This document shows, in pieces, positions 28,820 to 41,843 of a DNA stretch of 64,000 nt. The DNA is taken from NCBI GenBank assembly GCA_965153355.1, contig OZ231126.1, positions 21,204,001-21,268,000 on the forward strand. The letters are read 5' to 3'. Numbering within the stretch: the first letter of the stretch is position 1; each line of letters begins with the position of its first letter. The translations under genes were made by a program, and so were the position numbers. The notes below the pieces were generated by a model. That model searched no databases. It had not been told where the DNA came from and saw only the letters and a list, made by a program, of their open reading frames with translations. The DNA is from Flaccisagitta enflata. Lineage: Eukaryota.

Positions 28820-29068
28820 GAAGAAAGAAAAAAAAAAAAAGGAGAAGAAGAAGAAAAAAGAAAGAAAGAGAGAAAGAACAGAAATAAAGAAAAAGAAAGA
28901 TAGAAAGAAAGCTCCGAGTTTTTCTCGTTCTCGCCTTCTCCATCATTATCAACGATTTGTATTCAAGGATTTCTCGACCCTCCTTTCTTTTCCATAGCTT
29001 CTTCATTCTATCATGGTTCCAAATATCGTCCTCATCGTCGTCCTCTGCGTCAAATATTCGACTTTGAA

Positions 29069-29137
<69 letters not shown>

Positions 29138-29196
29138 GGTTGTGGTTTTTGTTTTTGTTTTTGTTTTTGTTTTTGTTTTTGTTTTTGTTTTTGTTT

Positions 29197-29271
<75 letters not shown>

Positions 29272-29504
29272 TGGTTATTGTTGTCCAAACAAAAATTCTT
29301 TTAAACAACCTTCTCAAGCGGTCTACAGTGATTTGGGTTCCCTTTTTTTCCTACTCGTTCCGCGTTTCGGGTGAGTTTGTGAGTGACTTTGATTGCTCAC
29401 TAAGCAAATCTGACTGTCTGGTGATCATAAAGCAAATGTGGGCCTCATAAAAACTCCCTCTGACGACTTCATAAATGACAAAAGAGGAAAAAAAGAGAAG
29501 AAAA

Positions 29505-30060
29505 GATGGCTGGTCAAGAAGGAAGGGAAAGGGAAAAAATTGACCACGACAGGGTGGGGATGAAGGAAGGAAGATAAAGGAAGAAATGAAACAATGGCTG
29601 GTTAAAAAGGAAGGGAAGGGGAAGAATTGACCACGACGAGGTGGGGATGAAAAAGGGAGATACAGGAAGAGATGAAAAGATGGATGGTCAGGCAGGAAGG
29701 GGAGGGGAAGAACTGACTATGTCGGGGTGGGGGTGAAGGAAGGGAGATAAAGAAAGAAATGAAAAGATGGGTAGTCAAGAATGAATGGAAAGGGAAAAAT
29801 TGACCGCGTCGGGGTGGGGATTAAGGAAGGGAGATAAAGAAAGAAAGGGGAGGGGAAGAACTGACTATGTCGGGGTGGGGGTGTAGGAAGGGAGATAAAG
29901 GAAGAAATGAAAAGATGGATGGTCAAGAATGAATGGAAAGAGAAAAATTGACCACGTCGGGGTGGGGGTAAAGGAATTGAGATAGTGGAAGAAGAGAAAG
30001 ATAGCTAGTCAAGAAGGAAGGGAAGGGAAAAATTGACTATGTCGGGATGGGGAAAAAGGA
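29505..30060. repeat. Degenerate purine/G-rich minisatellite (~80-bp units with ggtcaa..ttgacc); paralogs ~46888-47465, ~55147-55725
   Basis: Repeated ggtcaagaaggaagggaa...aaattgaccacgtcggggtgggg. Confidence 0.8.
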
Positions 30061-30282
30061 GGGGGAGAGATCGATGATTCCGGCGCAGTTACGGGGAGAA
30101 ATTTTTTTTTTCAAGAGGTCATAAACGAAATAGATTAAGGAGGGGTAAGAAATTCATCGAGTATGTTCGAAAAAGTTGAAGAAAGATTTACACAACCCTT
30201 GAGAAGCGGGGGGGGGGGGGTACTGTTGGTCAGAGAATGATAATGAATGCTTTCAACGTGTGGAAGCAGAACATCTAAGAAA

Positions 30283-30437
30283 AACAAGGCCGGATACACG
30301 GCAATCCAGTCGCGGACGGTTGGGCAGGAGCAGTACCACAAAAACCGCTCGGAATTCAGAAATGTGACCGACGGACGGACGGACGGTCGGACCGACCGAC
30401 ACGGCAAGGTGTAGAGTCGCGTGTCCGCGACTAAAAA
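30283..30437 (-). mobile_element. HINE copy present only in copy A
   Basis: Empty paralogous site atctaagaaaaaaagtgaatac at ~47681 and ~55940; inserted into an A/T run with no distinct TSD. Confidence 0.85.
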
Positions 30438-31132
30438 GTGAATACACGCTCGTCCATATAAGATAAATAGACGAATGTAAAAATAAAAATAGCCCAATAA
30501 ACCAAACAATGCCCATGAGTGCAACAGTCGCATAATCCGTATGCTAAGCTTGTCAGCGTGATAAGTATGCTTGGCTTGACAGCTGCACACTTCAAACGAC
30601 TTGAATCGCGAGCTTGGCATTAACCAAATGATATTACAGACAGACGGATGGCCCGCCCGACGGACCAGGCGACCTAGTAACATGTCCATTCACGTACATG
30701 CAAACAAATAGAATGGAACAGCGTGGACAAAGAAAGGGAGCCAACAAAGACTTGAGGCGCAAAAAAGGAAAGGAGCCAAAAAAGCCTCTATGAGTAGAGG
30801 AGTGCAAAAAAAAGAGAAGGAGCCAAAAACTCTCTCTCTCCGATGCACACGTAAAAAGGTCGGTAAACGATTTGGAGGGAAAAAGAGGTGAAGAACTTTG
30901 ATGAAATGAATAGAAATGACTGGAAAAGAGGTGGGTAACAAAAGAGGTTAGGACTCTCTTTCTTTCTTTCTTTCTCTCTTTTTCTTTCTTTCTTTCTTTC
31001 TTTCTTTTTCCTTTGTTTCTTTGTTTCTTTGTTTCTTTCTTTCTTGTCTTTTTTCTTTTCTTTCTTTTTTCTCTTTCTTCTTTCTTCTTCTTCTTTCTTT
31101 CTTCTTTCTTTCTTTCTTTCTTTCTCTCTTCT

Positions 31133-31168
<36 letters not shown>

Positions 31169-31965
31169 AAAAGATGGGAAAGGAGGGAAAATTATTTGGA
31201 GATGGGAAAGGAGAAAAAAGAATGAGTACAACTTGGACGGGGTTGAAGGCAAGAAGAAGGCAAGGAGGACGAAGATCACAACGAGGACAACAACGAGGAC
31301 AACAACGAGGACGAGGACGACAGCGAGTTTGAGGAAGAGGGCGAAACCATTCGTATGCATGTTCATGTCTATGAAGTCCCGGGCACTGCCTTCCAAACGA
31401 GAAATGACTTTGAAAAAAAAATGGAGGCGAGAAAAAAACACGAAAAAAAAAATGGAGAGGAAATGAGAAATTTTGTAAGGTGAGTCTGGAAGCTGAAGGA
31501 AATAAAATCGGATAATTTTTTTTTGCTTTATTTCGGTTAAATTTTTGGATTATTATGCAATTCTCTGATTTTGATTTGGAGAAGAGAGACAGAATAGAAA
31601 AAAACCCAACGAAATATTACCTATGAAATCGTTATGATGACGTTGTATAAAGATAGTATTTCTTGATATTGATCTTGATATTGTAAGTTAAAAAGATAAA
31701 TGATATGAATAATATGACCGAGATAATTCCAAAGAAAATACAAGCTATAGAGGGGTAGTTTGAATGCAGTTGTTAACATGATGAAGAATTGGGAATGCAG
31801 AAGCCTATCTTATTTCCACTTGGCAAGAGAAATTCTCTTCTGGAGTCTTGAAAACAACAAAAATTCTGCGGATTGAAATCAATAAATTATGAATATTTAG
31901 CGGCTGTATCTTATCCAAAGAGAGAGAAAGAAAGAAAAGAAAAGAAGAGAGAGAGAGAGAGACAC

Positions 31966-32084
<119 letters not shown>

Positions 32085-32097
32085 AAGAAAAGAAGAG

Positions 32098-32200
<103 letters not shown>

Positions 32201-32383
32201 ATAGGCGGAAAAGAGGAAGAGGGAAAGAAGGATGAGAGAGGAAAGATGCGGAGACATTCTTCATGAATTTCCAGACGCGGTTGACACTTATTCGCGCGAG
32301 CGGCCAAACTGATGATACGATACCATTTCGAAAAACAAAAACATCACCAATTCAATGCCTCTCTCTCTCTCTCTCTCTCTCTT

Positions 32384-32903
32384 TTTTGGGCAGCGGCCCC
32401 AAAGGGGGCTGAGTCCAGTAGAACACAGGAGACTCTTGTTTGTTTGTCCGTTTGTCCATTTGTCCGTTCGTTTGTCCCCCCAAGGCCCTCTCAGGCCTAA
32501 AATTTGCCCTCTTAGACCTAAAATCTGCCTTCTCAGGCCTGAAATCTGTCCTCTCAGGCCTTAAATCTGCCCTCTCAGGCCTGAAATTTATCCGTACAGG
32601 CCTGAAACCTGTCCTCTCAGGCCTTGAGTTTGCCTTCTCAGCCCTTTTAGATTCAAGGCCTGAGAGGGCAGATTTCAGGCCTGAGAAGGCAGATTTTAGG
32701 CCTAAGAGGACAGATTTCAGGCCTGAGAGGGTCTGGGGGGTGTGTGGACGGATGGACAGACGGACAAACTAACGAAAGTCCCCTGTGTTCTACAGGACTT
32801 CGTCCCCTTCGAGGCCGCTGCCCTGCCTCGCATTCCGATTTACAACCATGCAAAGCAGGGCAACGGGTATCGCTGACCACGTACTGGCCTTGGGCGACCT
32901 GTT
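32384..32903 (+). mobile_element. Foldback HINE-like element with 21-bp repeats (paralog ~58437-60268 is interrupted by a 1.35-kb insertion)
   Basis: Same ends and internal repeats as 10899-11390. Confidence 0.75.
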
Positions 32904-33600
32904 TTCTTTTCTCTTCGGCTCCCTTATTCTGCTCTGTTTTCTCTCTTCTGCTGTCTCTGCTTTCTTCTTCTAAGTTCATTCTCAGGCTTTCTTTATTTGC
33001 TTGGTAGGTTTTTCCTCTGCAGCTCTGCCTCAAGGAAGATGCCAAATCTGTCGTTGATTAACGCGATTCCACTTGGATGAGAAATTCTTTGGGTTTTGGA
33101 AGAAACAAAGCCGAATACTCGGCTACCCCAGTCGCGCAGGGGCAGTAATGGAGAGGGTCACTCGGGCATTTGGGAGGGAGCGGTGAATTAAAAAAGCTCA
33201 TGTAAGGGTACCGTCCAACTAACCGACCGACCGATCGACCGACATAGCGGGAAGAGTCGCGTAGCACACAATGAAAAAACAGATGAAGGGGAAAACCGTA
33301 TTTTAATATAGCATGATATAGGTTTGTCCCTTTTTGATCGATAAATAGGCAACTTCAAAGTACGATATCAAAAACACGTGACCATTGACCAATCAGTTTT
33401 CCCATATCCCCCGCCAATAACAACTCATCCATTCCCACCCCCTTTTGCGCGACCATCTCTATGCTCTGCGTGACCGTCTGCCCCACGATCGAGTATTCCA
33501 TCGCGGTCTCTTTGATTTCCGTTGACCCTCCACAACCCCCATCAAAACCGCTAGCGTCCTGTATTGTCTCTTTCCACTCAATAATGGCAACCAATAAAAT

Positions 33601-33650
<50 letters not shown>

Positions 33651-33707
33651 CTAGACCACGACTGTCCGCCATCCTAAATATGGAAAGGAATCAGTGGGTA
33701 GAGAAAA

Positions 33708-34458
33708 AACAAGGCCGGATACACGGCAATCCAGTCGCGGACGGTTGGGCAGGAGCAGGAGGGTAAAAACCGCTCGGAATTCAAAAATGTTACGGACGGA
33801 CGGACGGACCGACGCACTATGTCCCCGAAGGGCGTCACCTCAAGACAAAAAAAATTATGCTGGCACTTTTGACCTAAATAAACGGCTGAAACTTATACAT
33901 TTGCTTACCCTGAGCAAGAAAACATATGGTTTTACCTGCGTCATAGCTAATCCAAAGCCTCCTTTTGCCCCTTGAAGTTAACTACTTCTCTCAAACTAAA
34001 ATGCGGCAAAAAATGTTTTTTCCATTTCATATGGTACTATTCTAGAAATGAAAAATGGAACTTATGATAAGAGGGAGGATGCCAAATCTTTAGTAAAGGT
34101 TCAGGATTGATTGAATACGCCATGTGTAAAATTTGGTAAGCCTGCTCCTAAATTTGTAGGACCTATTAAAAAAAACTCGCAAAATTCCAATCTCAGTTGA
34201 AAAAAATCTTCTCCATTCAGAGCCTCCAAAATGTTGAACCTTCTGAGTTCAAGACTAAAGAAATGTCCCTAGATGAATCATGACGCAGGTAAAACCCCAA
34301 ATAGGTGTGACTTCACATACTTAAGAACATTTTTATACCATAGCTGTCATCTCTAGGCACTGGTTTATATTTTTGTCCTGTTATGGTACACTCTCCGATC
34401 TACGTGCGACGGACCAACCGACACGGCAAGGTGTAGAGTCGCGTGTCCGCGACAAAAA
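33708..34458 (-). mobile_element. HINE copy (same subfamily as 30283-30437) interrupted by the 33815-34406 element; absent from the paralog at ~61100
   Basis: The two halves rejoin to match the intact 30283-30437 copy. Confidence 0.85.
33815..34406. mobile_element. Non-autonomous Transib/RAG-like DNA transposon with RSS-like termini
   Basis: CAC...GTG ends; 5-bp direct repeat CGACG at 33810-33814 and 34407-34411. Left end CACTATG-N23-ACAAAAAAA; right end (reverse complement) CACGTAG-N23-ACAAAAATA. No ORF inside. Confidence 0.7.
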
Positions 34459-34953
34459 CGAAAAAAAACGAACCCCCCATAAGAAAACAACAAACAAAAA
34501 CAAACACGGAAAAAGATACATTCAAATCATTCTCTCCTATGATTGGCTGAAGATGCACATTTATCAAACGTTAGCGAATCAATTATTCTTGGTTACATTA
34601 GTGACACGACAGTATATCATTTGTAGAAAAAAAAATCCCTCCCTCCTCCCTTGTTGCATTGCGTTTGCTGGTACGTTGCGTTTCTCATTTTCTTCCATTC
34701 TCCTTGACATCTTCTTCCCTATCAACTTGTCCTTTTTTTCCCTCTTTTTCTTCTTCTTTCTCATCCTATTTTCGGCTCCGGTCTCAGCCTTCGGCTCGCG
34801 AGTGAGATGCGAGTGTGAATTTGCGTCTCTGCCGAATTTATTCCCACCTAATGTAATTTGTCACGATATCGTTGTGAGTTATGAAAGAAAACGCGGCATA
34901 TAACGCAGAGGAAGAAAGAGAGAAAAGAATAGCGGCGGAGAGCATCTACAGCG

Positions 34954-35073
<120 letters not shown>

Positions 35074-36809
35074 GTAAGATAGAGAGAGGCAAAGGACAAG
35101 AAGTCAATAGAGGAACTGGAAAGAAAGAGATAGAGACGAAGATGTAGACACTCTGTGTCAGAAATTCTTAACGATACTGAAATGGAGGCAAAAGAAGGAG
35201 AAAGTGGAAAAGAAAGAAGAAAAGACAAGAAGAAAGATGGGCGAAGAGATAAGGACAGAGTCACCAAGAAAGACAGAGAAAGAAACAGAAGACGAGGAAA
35301 AAAGATGGGATGTGGAAAGTGATACGGCAAACTGGAGGCGTGCTAAATGGGCGAAGATGGAAACGAAGATAATCATTTAAGCGAACAAAAAAAAAAAAAA
35401 AAAACAAACAAAAAAACAAGGCCGACATAGCGGCTTCTAGAGTCGCGTGTCCGCGACTAAAAAACACGATGAACAGAAAAACATTCGAGCAAGTATTGCA
35501 CGTATAGATCGAGGGGAAAAAGAGCAATGTGCAATGTGGTGACATGATTCAATGACAATGACTGCGATGGGTGATAAAGGAGAAACAAGTGGCAATATCT
35601 GGATGGAGAATGGTATCGAGAAACGGGGAGAGCTTGTAACACTCTTCGATATTAAAAACCTTTTGACATTTTTTTGTCTCGCATAAAATAATCATGCTAC
35701 GTCGGTGAATGTCACAGTCCAATTTCTGAAAAGACAATTCCTTCCCGCTACCTAAACAACTACGAATTTATTTGGTATTAAGGGGGACTCGCGTTTACCA
35801 CGGAATCGATTTCGAAAAAATTTTTCTGTGATATTCCAGAAAAAAAGGAGAAAAGAAAAACGGAAAATCAAATGAATTTGACAAAATTGAGATAAAAAAA
35901 AAACCTGCAAAAAATAACTGTTTTACATGTTATGTAAGACAGCAAGCATAAAGTGAAAAAAATGAAGATGAGAAAATTAAAGACAAAAGAAACAAATTAG
36001 AGAGAAAATCAGAACGAGAAATATCGAATCATGAACCAGAAAAAAAAAAAAAAGAACAAAAAAAGAAAAAAAAAAAGAAAAAGGAAAGGGTTCAAAAGCT
36101 GCCGGAAGAAAAGAAATTCAACCATAAAGTTATGAGTCCTAAAAGTCCAATATCAAGCGCAGTAAATAACAAGATGGTCTTTCAAAGGGAACACGGCCTA
36201 AGTCATGAAAGGACACAGAGAGAAAAAAAAATGGAAAAAAGGGGCAAAGAAAGAGACAGATGAGGAGGGAAAAAAAGAAAAAAGGAATTGGGCAACACAA
36301 ATATTGCTTACTGAGAGCATTGCTTAATTGCTTTCTTATCTTTTCATCTCGTGCATTGCAATTTCAGACATGCGCCCCTTTCATGCCCCTCTCTTTCTTC
36401 TTTTTCAATACTTCTGTCTGTCTGCTTGTCTGTCTGTCTTTTTCTCCTCTCTCTCTCTCTCTCTCTCTCTCTAAGCAAACACCCACACAGCCATATCCTC
36501 CTTGTTGATATTCCCAAATGGTCCATGGCAGGAAATGGAAGGGTGCAGCTCATTCCACCTCGACTCGCCTTCTGAAAGCCAATTGCGCCCTGATGGTCCA
36601 TCACAGTCCAAACCCGAAATTGATGTCCGGCTCGCAGTCTTCTAACCCTTCGTCTGTACTCTCTCTCTCTCTTCGACGAATAACTGTCTATTCTGCTCCT
36701 CTATCTCCTTCTCTATCCTGTCCTTCTTTCCTTCTGTCTCTGTCACTAGTCACCACCCTGCCTTCTTGTGGTTCACTGGTCTGTCCGCTCCTGTTTCCCG
36801 TCATCTCTG

Positions 36810-36872
<63 letters not shown>

Positions 36873-37160
36873 TTTCATCGCCCACCTTGGGCTACATTAA
36901 GCCGTCATTCGGTCACTCTGTGAGCCATGACCTTAATTATCCAGACCTTTTGCTCAATGTGGATCAGCGTTAACTGAAGGAATTGAAAGCGGATTGAAAA
37001 GGAAAAAAAAGGAACGAAAGAAAAGGAAGGAATTAAGCTCAAAAGAAGGAGGAGAGTAAAGGAAAGAATCAAGGCAGAGAAAAATGGACAAACAAATAGT
37101 TTCTTTTTAAATGATAATGATAATGGTCAATGTTTCCATGTCAACTTATCATTTAAGATT

Positions 37161-37337
37161 CAGTGGAGCACCGCTAGCGCGAACCCGCTAATGAGGCATA
37201 CCCGCATATAACCTACTGTCTCATGATAGATTTTGTTGTTATTTCTATTTTGGCAATATCTCATTGAATAAGGTAGCTTCACTGCAAGGCGTAACTTTGC
37301 TCAGTCCTTTGAAATGCGCTCTTGTGAGGCTCAACTG
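37161..37337. mobile_element. Short pogo/Tigger-like MITE, same family as 7886-8059
   Basis: CAGTGGAGCACCGCTAG...GGCTCAACTG|TA; internal similarity to 7886-8059. Confidence 0.65.
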
Positions 37338-37937
37338 TAGTTCCATTAACCACGGTTTATTCATCATTATCAAACATGTAACAACATAACGCTTCGCGCA
37401 CATGTTGTCCTCACAAATCACGTTTCCTCCATTCAGTTTCTCAACTAGGATCCAGAATACAAAATGGGAAATGCAGGGAATACTGAGAGTGAAAGACAGA
37501 CAGAAAACTAGACAGAGTGAAGAAACATCGGGGTGATAGAGTTAGACAAAGACAGAGAGAGTCAGACAGAACCAGACAGAGTCAGCCAGAGCCAGAATGA
37601 GTCAGATAGAAACAGACAAAGGCAAAGTGAGTTATGAAATGTAAATAATAGATGAGAAAGAGAACCACAGGAAAACTTTATTGAATATTTGATGCTTGAA
37701 CGAGGATGATCTCTGTCAAGAGCAACCCACTCGTTAAGCCTCTCTGGCTCGTGGCTTGGCATGATGGATGGTATGGAAGAGGCATGGAAGAGGCATGGCA
37801 AAAACCATTGTTCGCTTTTGCCTAGTTTGTTGAGTGAGAACGTGTTGGGTACGGTCAATTTGATGCGCCAAATTTCATAAGAAAACGCTCAGTAGTTTTT
37901 TCTGGGTGCAAGCGTGGTTTGAAAATCAGAAAAAGCA

Positions 37938-38129
37938 TTTTTAGTCGCGTGCTAAGCGACTCTTTAAGCCACTTTTCTGTCCGTCGGTCGGTCGGTCTGT
38001 CAGTCGGTCCGTCCGTCCGTCATAAAGTCGTTTTAAAGGCATGTTTTTTTCGTTTCATACATTTTTGATCATTAGAGAAGACACTGGGGTGTGGTGGCCA
38101 CTGATTCAGAGGTCATTTCCAAAATTTTA

Positions 38130-38217
<88 letters not shown>

Positions 38218-38261
38218 GACTTTTTTCTGAAACTGCCGACGCACGCGACTTAGGTCTTGTT
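37938..38261 (+). mobile_element. HINE-like element (related copy ~63061-63288)
   Basis: ttttagtcgcgtgctaagcgactct, (GTCG/GTCC)n, (GTCT)n, cacgcgact, end ggtcttgtt. Confidence 0.65.
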
Positions 38262-39172
38262 AATAATGGCAAAGCCTATAATACTTTTCACAGCTTACGA
38301 GCACACTTTGTTGCTTAGCGACTTCGCCACTGTCCCTTACAATAAATGTGCACTGAAGACATCAAGGAGAAAAGAAAGAGAGAAAGATATAGAAAAGAAA
38401 GGAAAGAAGAAAACAGAGATATTTTTGTCTTTCGGCTGGAAATTCTGAGGTCATGCGAGTCTTTGATCAGCCTTCACCTCGCGACTAGCGCAGCGTGAAG
38501 CAATTTTTTATGCGGTTTTCCCCTTCTACATAAAAAGCAATTTCTCGCGGTTTTTTTCCTCCTTCACTCTTATCCCTTCACATACTAGTACAAACAGTGG
38601 TTAACTTATATCTACTGCGCTTGTTCACACAGCTTTCTAGTCGGCCTTGTTCGTGATATTTCCCCTTGTCTGCATGGGAGGTACCAAACTTTCGTGTCAA
38701 ACTTATTAGACTCTCATGTAAACTAAATCAATTTGATTTTCAATTATTTTTATACCATTAGATTCTAGAAATGCCTCACGGCTCACGTTGTCACATAAAA
38801 AATTTTGAAATGCAAATGACGGACAGTCGATAATACGAAGCAGCAGAATTTTATGCATAGATTTTTTTTTTATTGAGATCTTAAAATCCTGTCAAGAATA
38901 CGTGCTCATCAAGAATCAGCATTATTCTTTTTTTTTTTTATTGTTTATTGTAGTTTAAAGACCGGCATCGAGAACCACGGTTATCGCCTTTTATTTATTT
39001 TTTTTTATTTACACGTAATTTCTGTTTTCTTTAGTTCGTGTAATTAAATCTAAATACGAGGATCGTAATTGCCTGAAATGGTCGATTTTACAGGCGAGAA
39101 AAAGAGGAAAACACTAAAGAAAGACCCTTCGCTCGTTTTATGAGTCCTAAAAAGAGTGGCTGGGAGAAAAAA

Positions 39173-39213
39173 GGAAGAAGAAGAAGAAGAAGAAGAAGAA
39201 TAAGAGGAAGAAG

Positions 39214-39245
<32 letters not shown>

Positions 39246-39470
39246 GAAGGAGACGAAGAAGAAGAAGAAGAAGAAGGAGAAGGAGAAGAAGAAGAAGAAG
39301 AAGAAGAAGAAGAAGAAGAAGAAGAAGAAGAAGAAGAAGAAGAAGAAGAAGAAGAAGAAGAAGAAGAAGAAGAAGAAGAAGAAGAAGAAGAAGAAGAAGA
39401 AGAAGAAGAAGAAGAAGAAGAAGAAGAAGAAGAAGAAGAAGAAGAAGAAGAAGAAGAAGAAGAAGAAGAA
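39173..39470. repeat. Long (GAA)n tract; further (GAA)n/(GAAAAA)n tracts at ~40555-41145
   Basis: Directly visible. Confidence 0.97.
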
Positions 39471-41790
39471 AGAAAATGGAAAAAGAAAGAGAAAATAGAA
39501 GGGGAAGACCAAAAGGAAGGAGAAGACGAGGAAGAAGAAAGGGGCAACAGGGAAACGACGGAACAAGATATAAGATTAAGACAAAGTTTTCTTCTCTCTT
39601 TTAATCTTTTTCCTTCGATTTTATAGATCCGTAAAAGTTTTTAATGAGCTTCCTTAATTGACCGTAATCATAGCCTTTTTTCGAGGTGGTCGTAATAAAT
39701 TTCTCTGTTTTTTTTTTTTTTTGTCTGAATTCGATTTTTGGTGGGAGGATTACCCATCCAGGATCAAAAGACTTCAAATCATTTCATTAAATCAAACGAT
39801 CGTGTTTGAGCCATGTTAAGAGGAACAGAATAGGTCAAATTATAAATACCAAGGATTTTTTTTTGAGACCCATAACACCACATACCAAAGAGTTTGGTTG
39901 GACAGGGACAGTAATTGGGATGGAGTTGTAATTCATTTGGGTTAACAGCAGAGAAAACGGTGTGAAAAAAAAGCAAAAATGCGTGATGGAGCCGACGAAG
40001 TTGAAAGCCCAACATCAAACGTTTTAAAGAATAAATGTCCCCAATTGAGACTTTCAAAAGATTTTCTGATACAGGATTTAATCTTGAAAAAAAAAGAAAG
40101 GATTGTTCTGATACCTTTTCTCCACCCAGTAACATCCGTGTCAATCATATTTACTTTCAAGTTTTTTTTCTTCCTTTCCATTTCCATGTTCAATCAAAGA
40201 ACGACAATTCTTTTTTTAGTTCAAAAGAAAGAAAAGGAAATGTTTTTGTCCTCCGCCTTTTTCAGCCACCTTCTCCCCACGAAACTTACTAATGATGTTT
40301 TTCATTAATGAACGACAAATCCTTTTCTTGTCTTTTCTTGTCTTTGTCGCGTCTTCGTCATTTGTCTCCCGAGGGGAGGCAAGAAATATTGAAAACGGAG
40401 ACACATACACACACAGAAAACGAGGAGGAGGAAGAGAGAGATGAAGGAAAAGGGAGAAGAAGAAGAAGGTGGAGGGAGAAGAAATGTGGAAAAAAGTAGA
40501 GGCAGAGAATAAGGAGGAGATGAGAAGTTAGGATATTTAGAACAGGGGGGAAAAAAGAAGAAAAAGAAGATGAAGATGAAGAAGAAGATGAAGATGGTTA
40601 AGAAGAAGAAGAATAGTTAAAGAAGAAGAAGAAGAAGAAGAAGAAAATGAAAAAGAAAAAAAAAAGAAAAGAAAAAGAAAAAGAAAAAGAAAAAGAAAGA
40701 AAGAAAAGAAAAATTAAAGGAAGAGAATAATAGAAAGAAGAAGAAGAAAGAGGAGAAGAAGATGAACAAGAAGAAGAAGACAAAGTTGAAGAAAAGAAAA
40801 GAAAAAGGAGAAGAAGAAGAAGAAGAAGGATTTCATCTTATCTGAAGAAACACCATAGCAAAAAAGAAAAGAAAAAGAAAAGAAAAAGAAAAAGAAAAAG
40901 AAAAAGAAAAGGAAGATGTAGAAGAAGAAGAAGAAGAAAAAGAAGAAGAAGAAGAAGAAGAAGAAGAAGAAGAAGAAGAAGAAGAAAAAGAAAAAGAAAA
41001 AGAAAAAGAAAAAGAAAAAGAAAAAGAAAAAGAAGAAGGAGAAGAAGAAGAAGAAGAAGAAGAAGAAGAAGAAGAAGAAGAAGAAGAAGAAGAAGAAGAA
41101 AAAGAAGAAGAATAAGAAGAAGAGGAAAGAAAGAAAAAGAAAGGGTAAGAATGAAAGGGAGGAAAAAAAAGTTGGTAAGACAGAGACTAAGACGGCACCA
41201 GATCTTAATCAGCCAATCCTTGGAATTGAGACAATATTCAATAGATGAGAGATACTAGCAAGCCAGATAGAATAGATATGATGAGATGAAAAGGAAGAGA
41301 GAGAGAGAGAGAAATAAAGAGAGAAAAAAAGGAAGAAAAAAGAAAAAAAAGGAACAAAGGGAAAAAGATCATTGTCAGGAGTAAACAAAAAAATCTCGTG
41401 CATTGTTTTTCTGCTTTATGCAAGGCACGAATTCAATCAATTTGAATCAACGTTGGAGCTAGGAATTATTTAGCTTAGATTTACTGCCCGGAAAACTAGA
41501 TGAAATTAAAAAGAATCCAAGGGGAAACGTCTTGGAATTGCAGAGCAAGAGACACAAAAGTAACTGTTTCTAACAAAGATCAACAATTGCTCAGCGACTT
41601 ACGAATGACTCAATGAGTTACACAAATAATCAAGAAAAAAGAAAAGACGAATAGAGAGAGACAGAGAGAGAGGAAGGAAGAAGAGCTGAACAATTCTCAT
41701 TATTTATTGGATTTTGAGGCGGAAGGAAGAACAAAAAATAGAATTGAAAACCCTTTTTCCGCCAGGCACATGTCTGAAAAAAAAAAGAGT

Positions 41791-41843
<53 letters not shown>

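Noticed and set aside
29013-29030. TGG TTC CAA (WFQ) as a possible helix-3 exon (also ~46244, ~54544)
   Set aside because: Context is SWFQISSS rather than KIWFQNRR, and it is on the wrong strand and side for this gene.
31470-31490. Consensus-like donor AAG|gtgagt on the plus strand (also ~29370)
   Set aside because: No credible upstream acceptor or coding frame; isolated motif.
34787-34836. Hairpin ttcggc..gagatgcgag-tgtga-atttgcgtctc..gccgaa as a Hox-cluster microRNA
   Set aside because: Short stem with a large bulge; no resemblance to miR-10, miR-993, iab-4 or miR-196 that I could see here or elsewhere in the window (scan by eye only).
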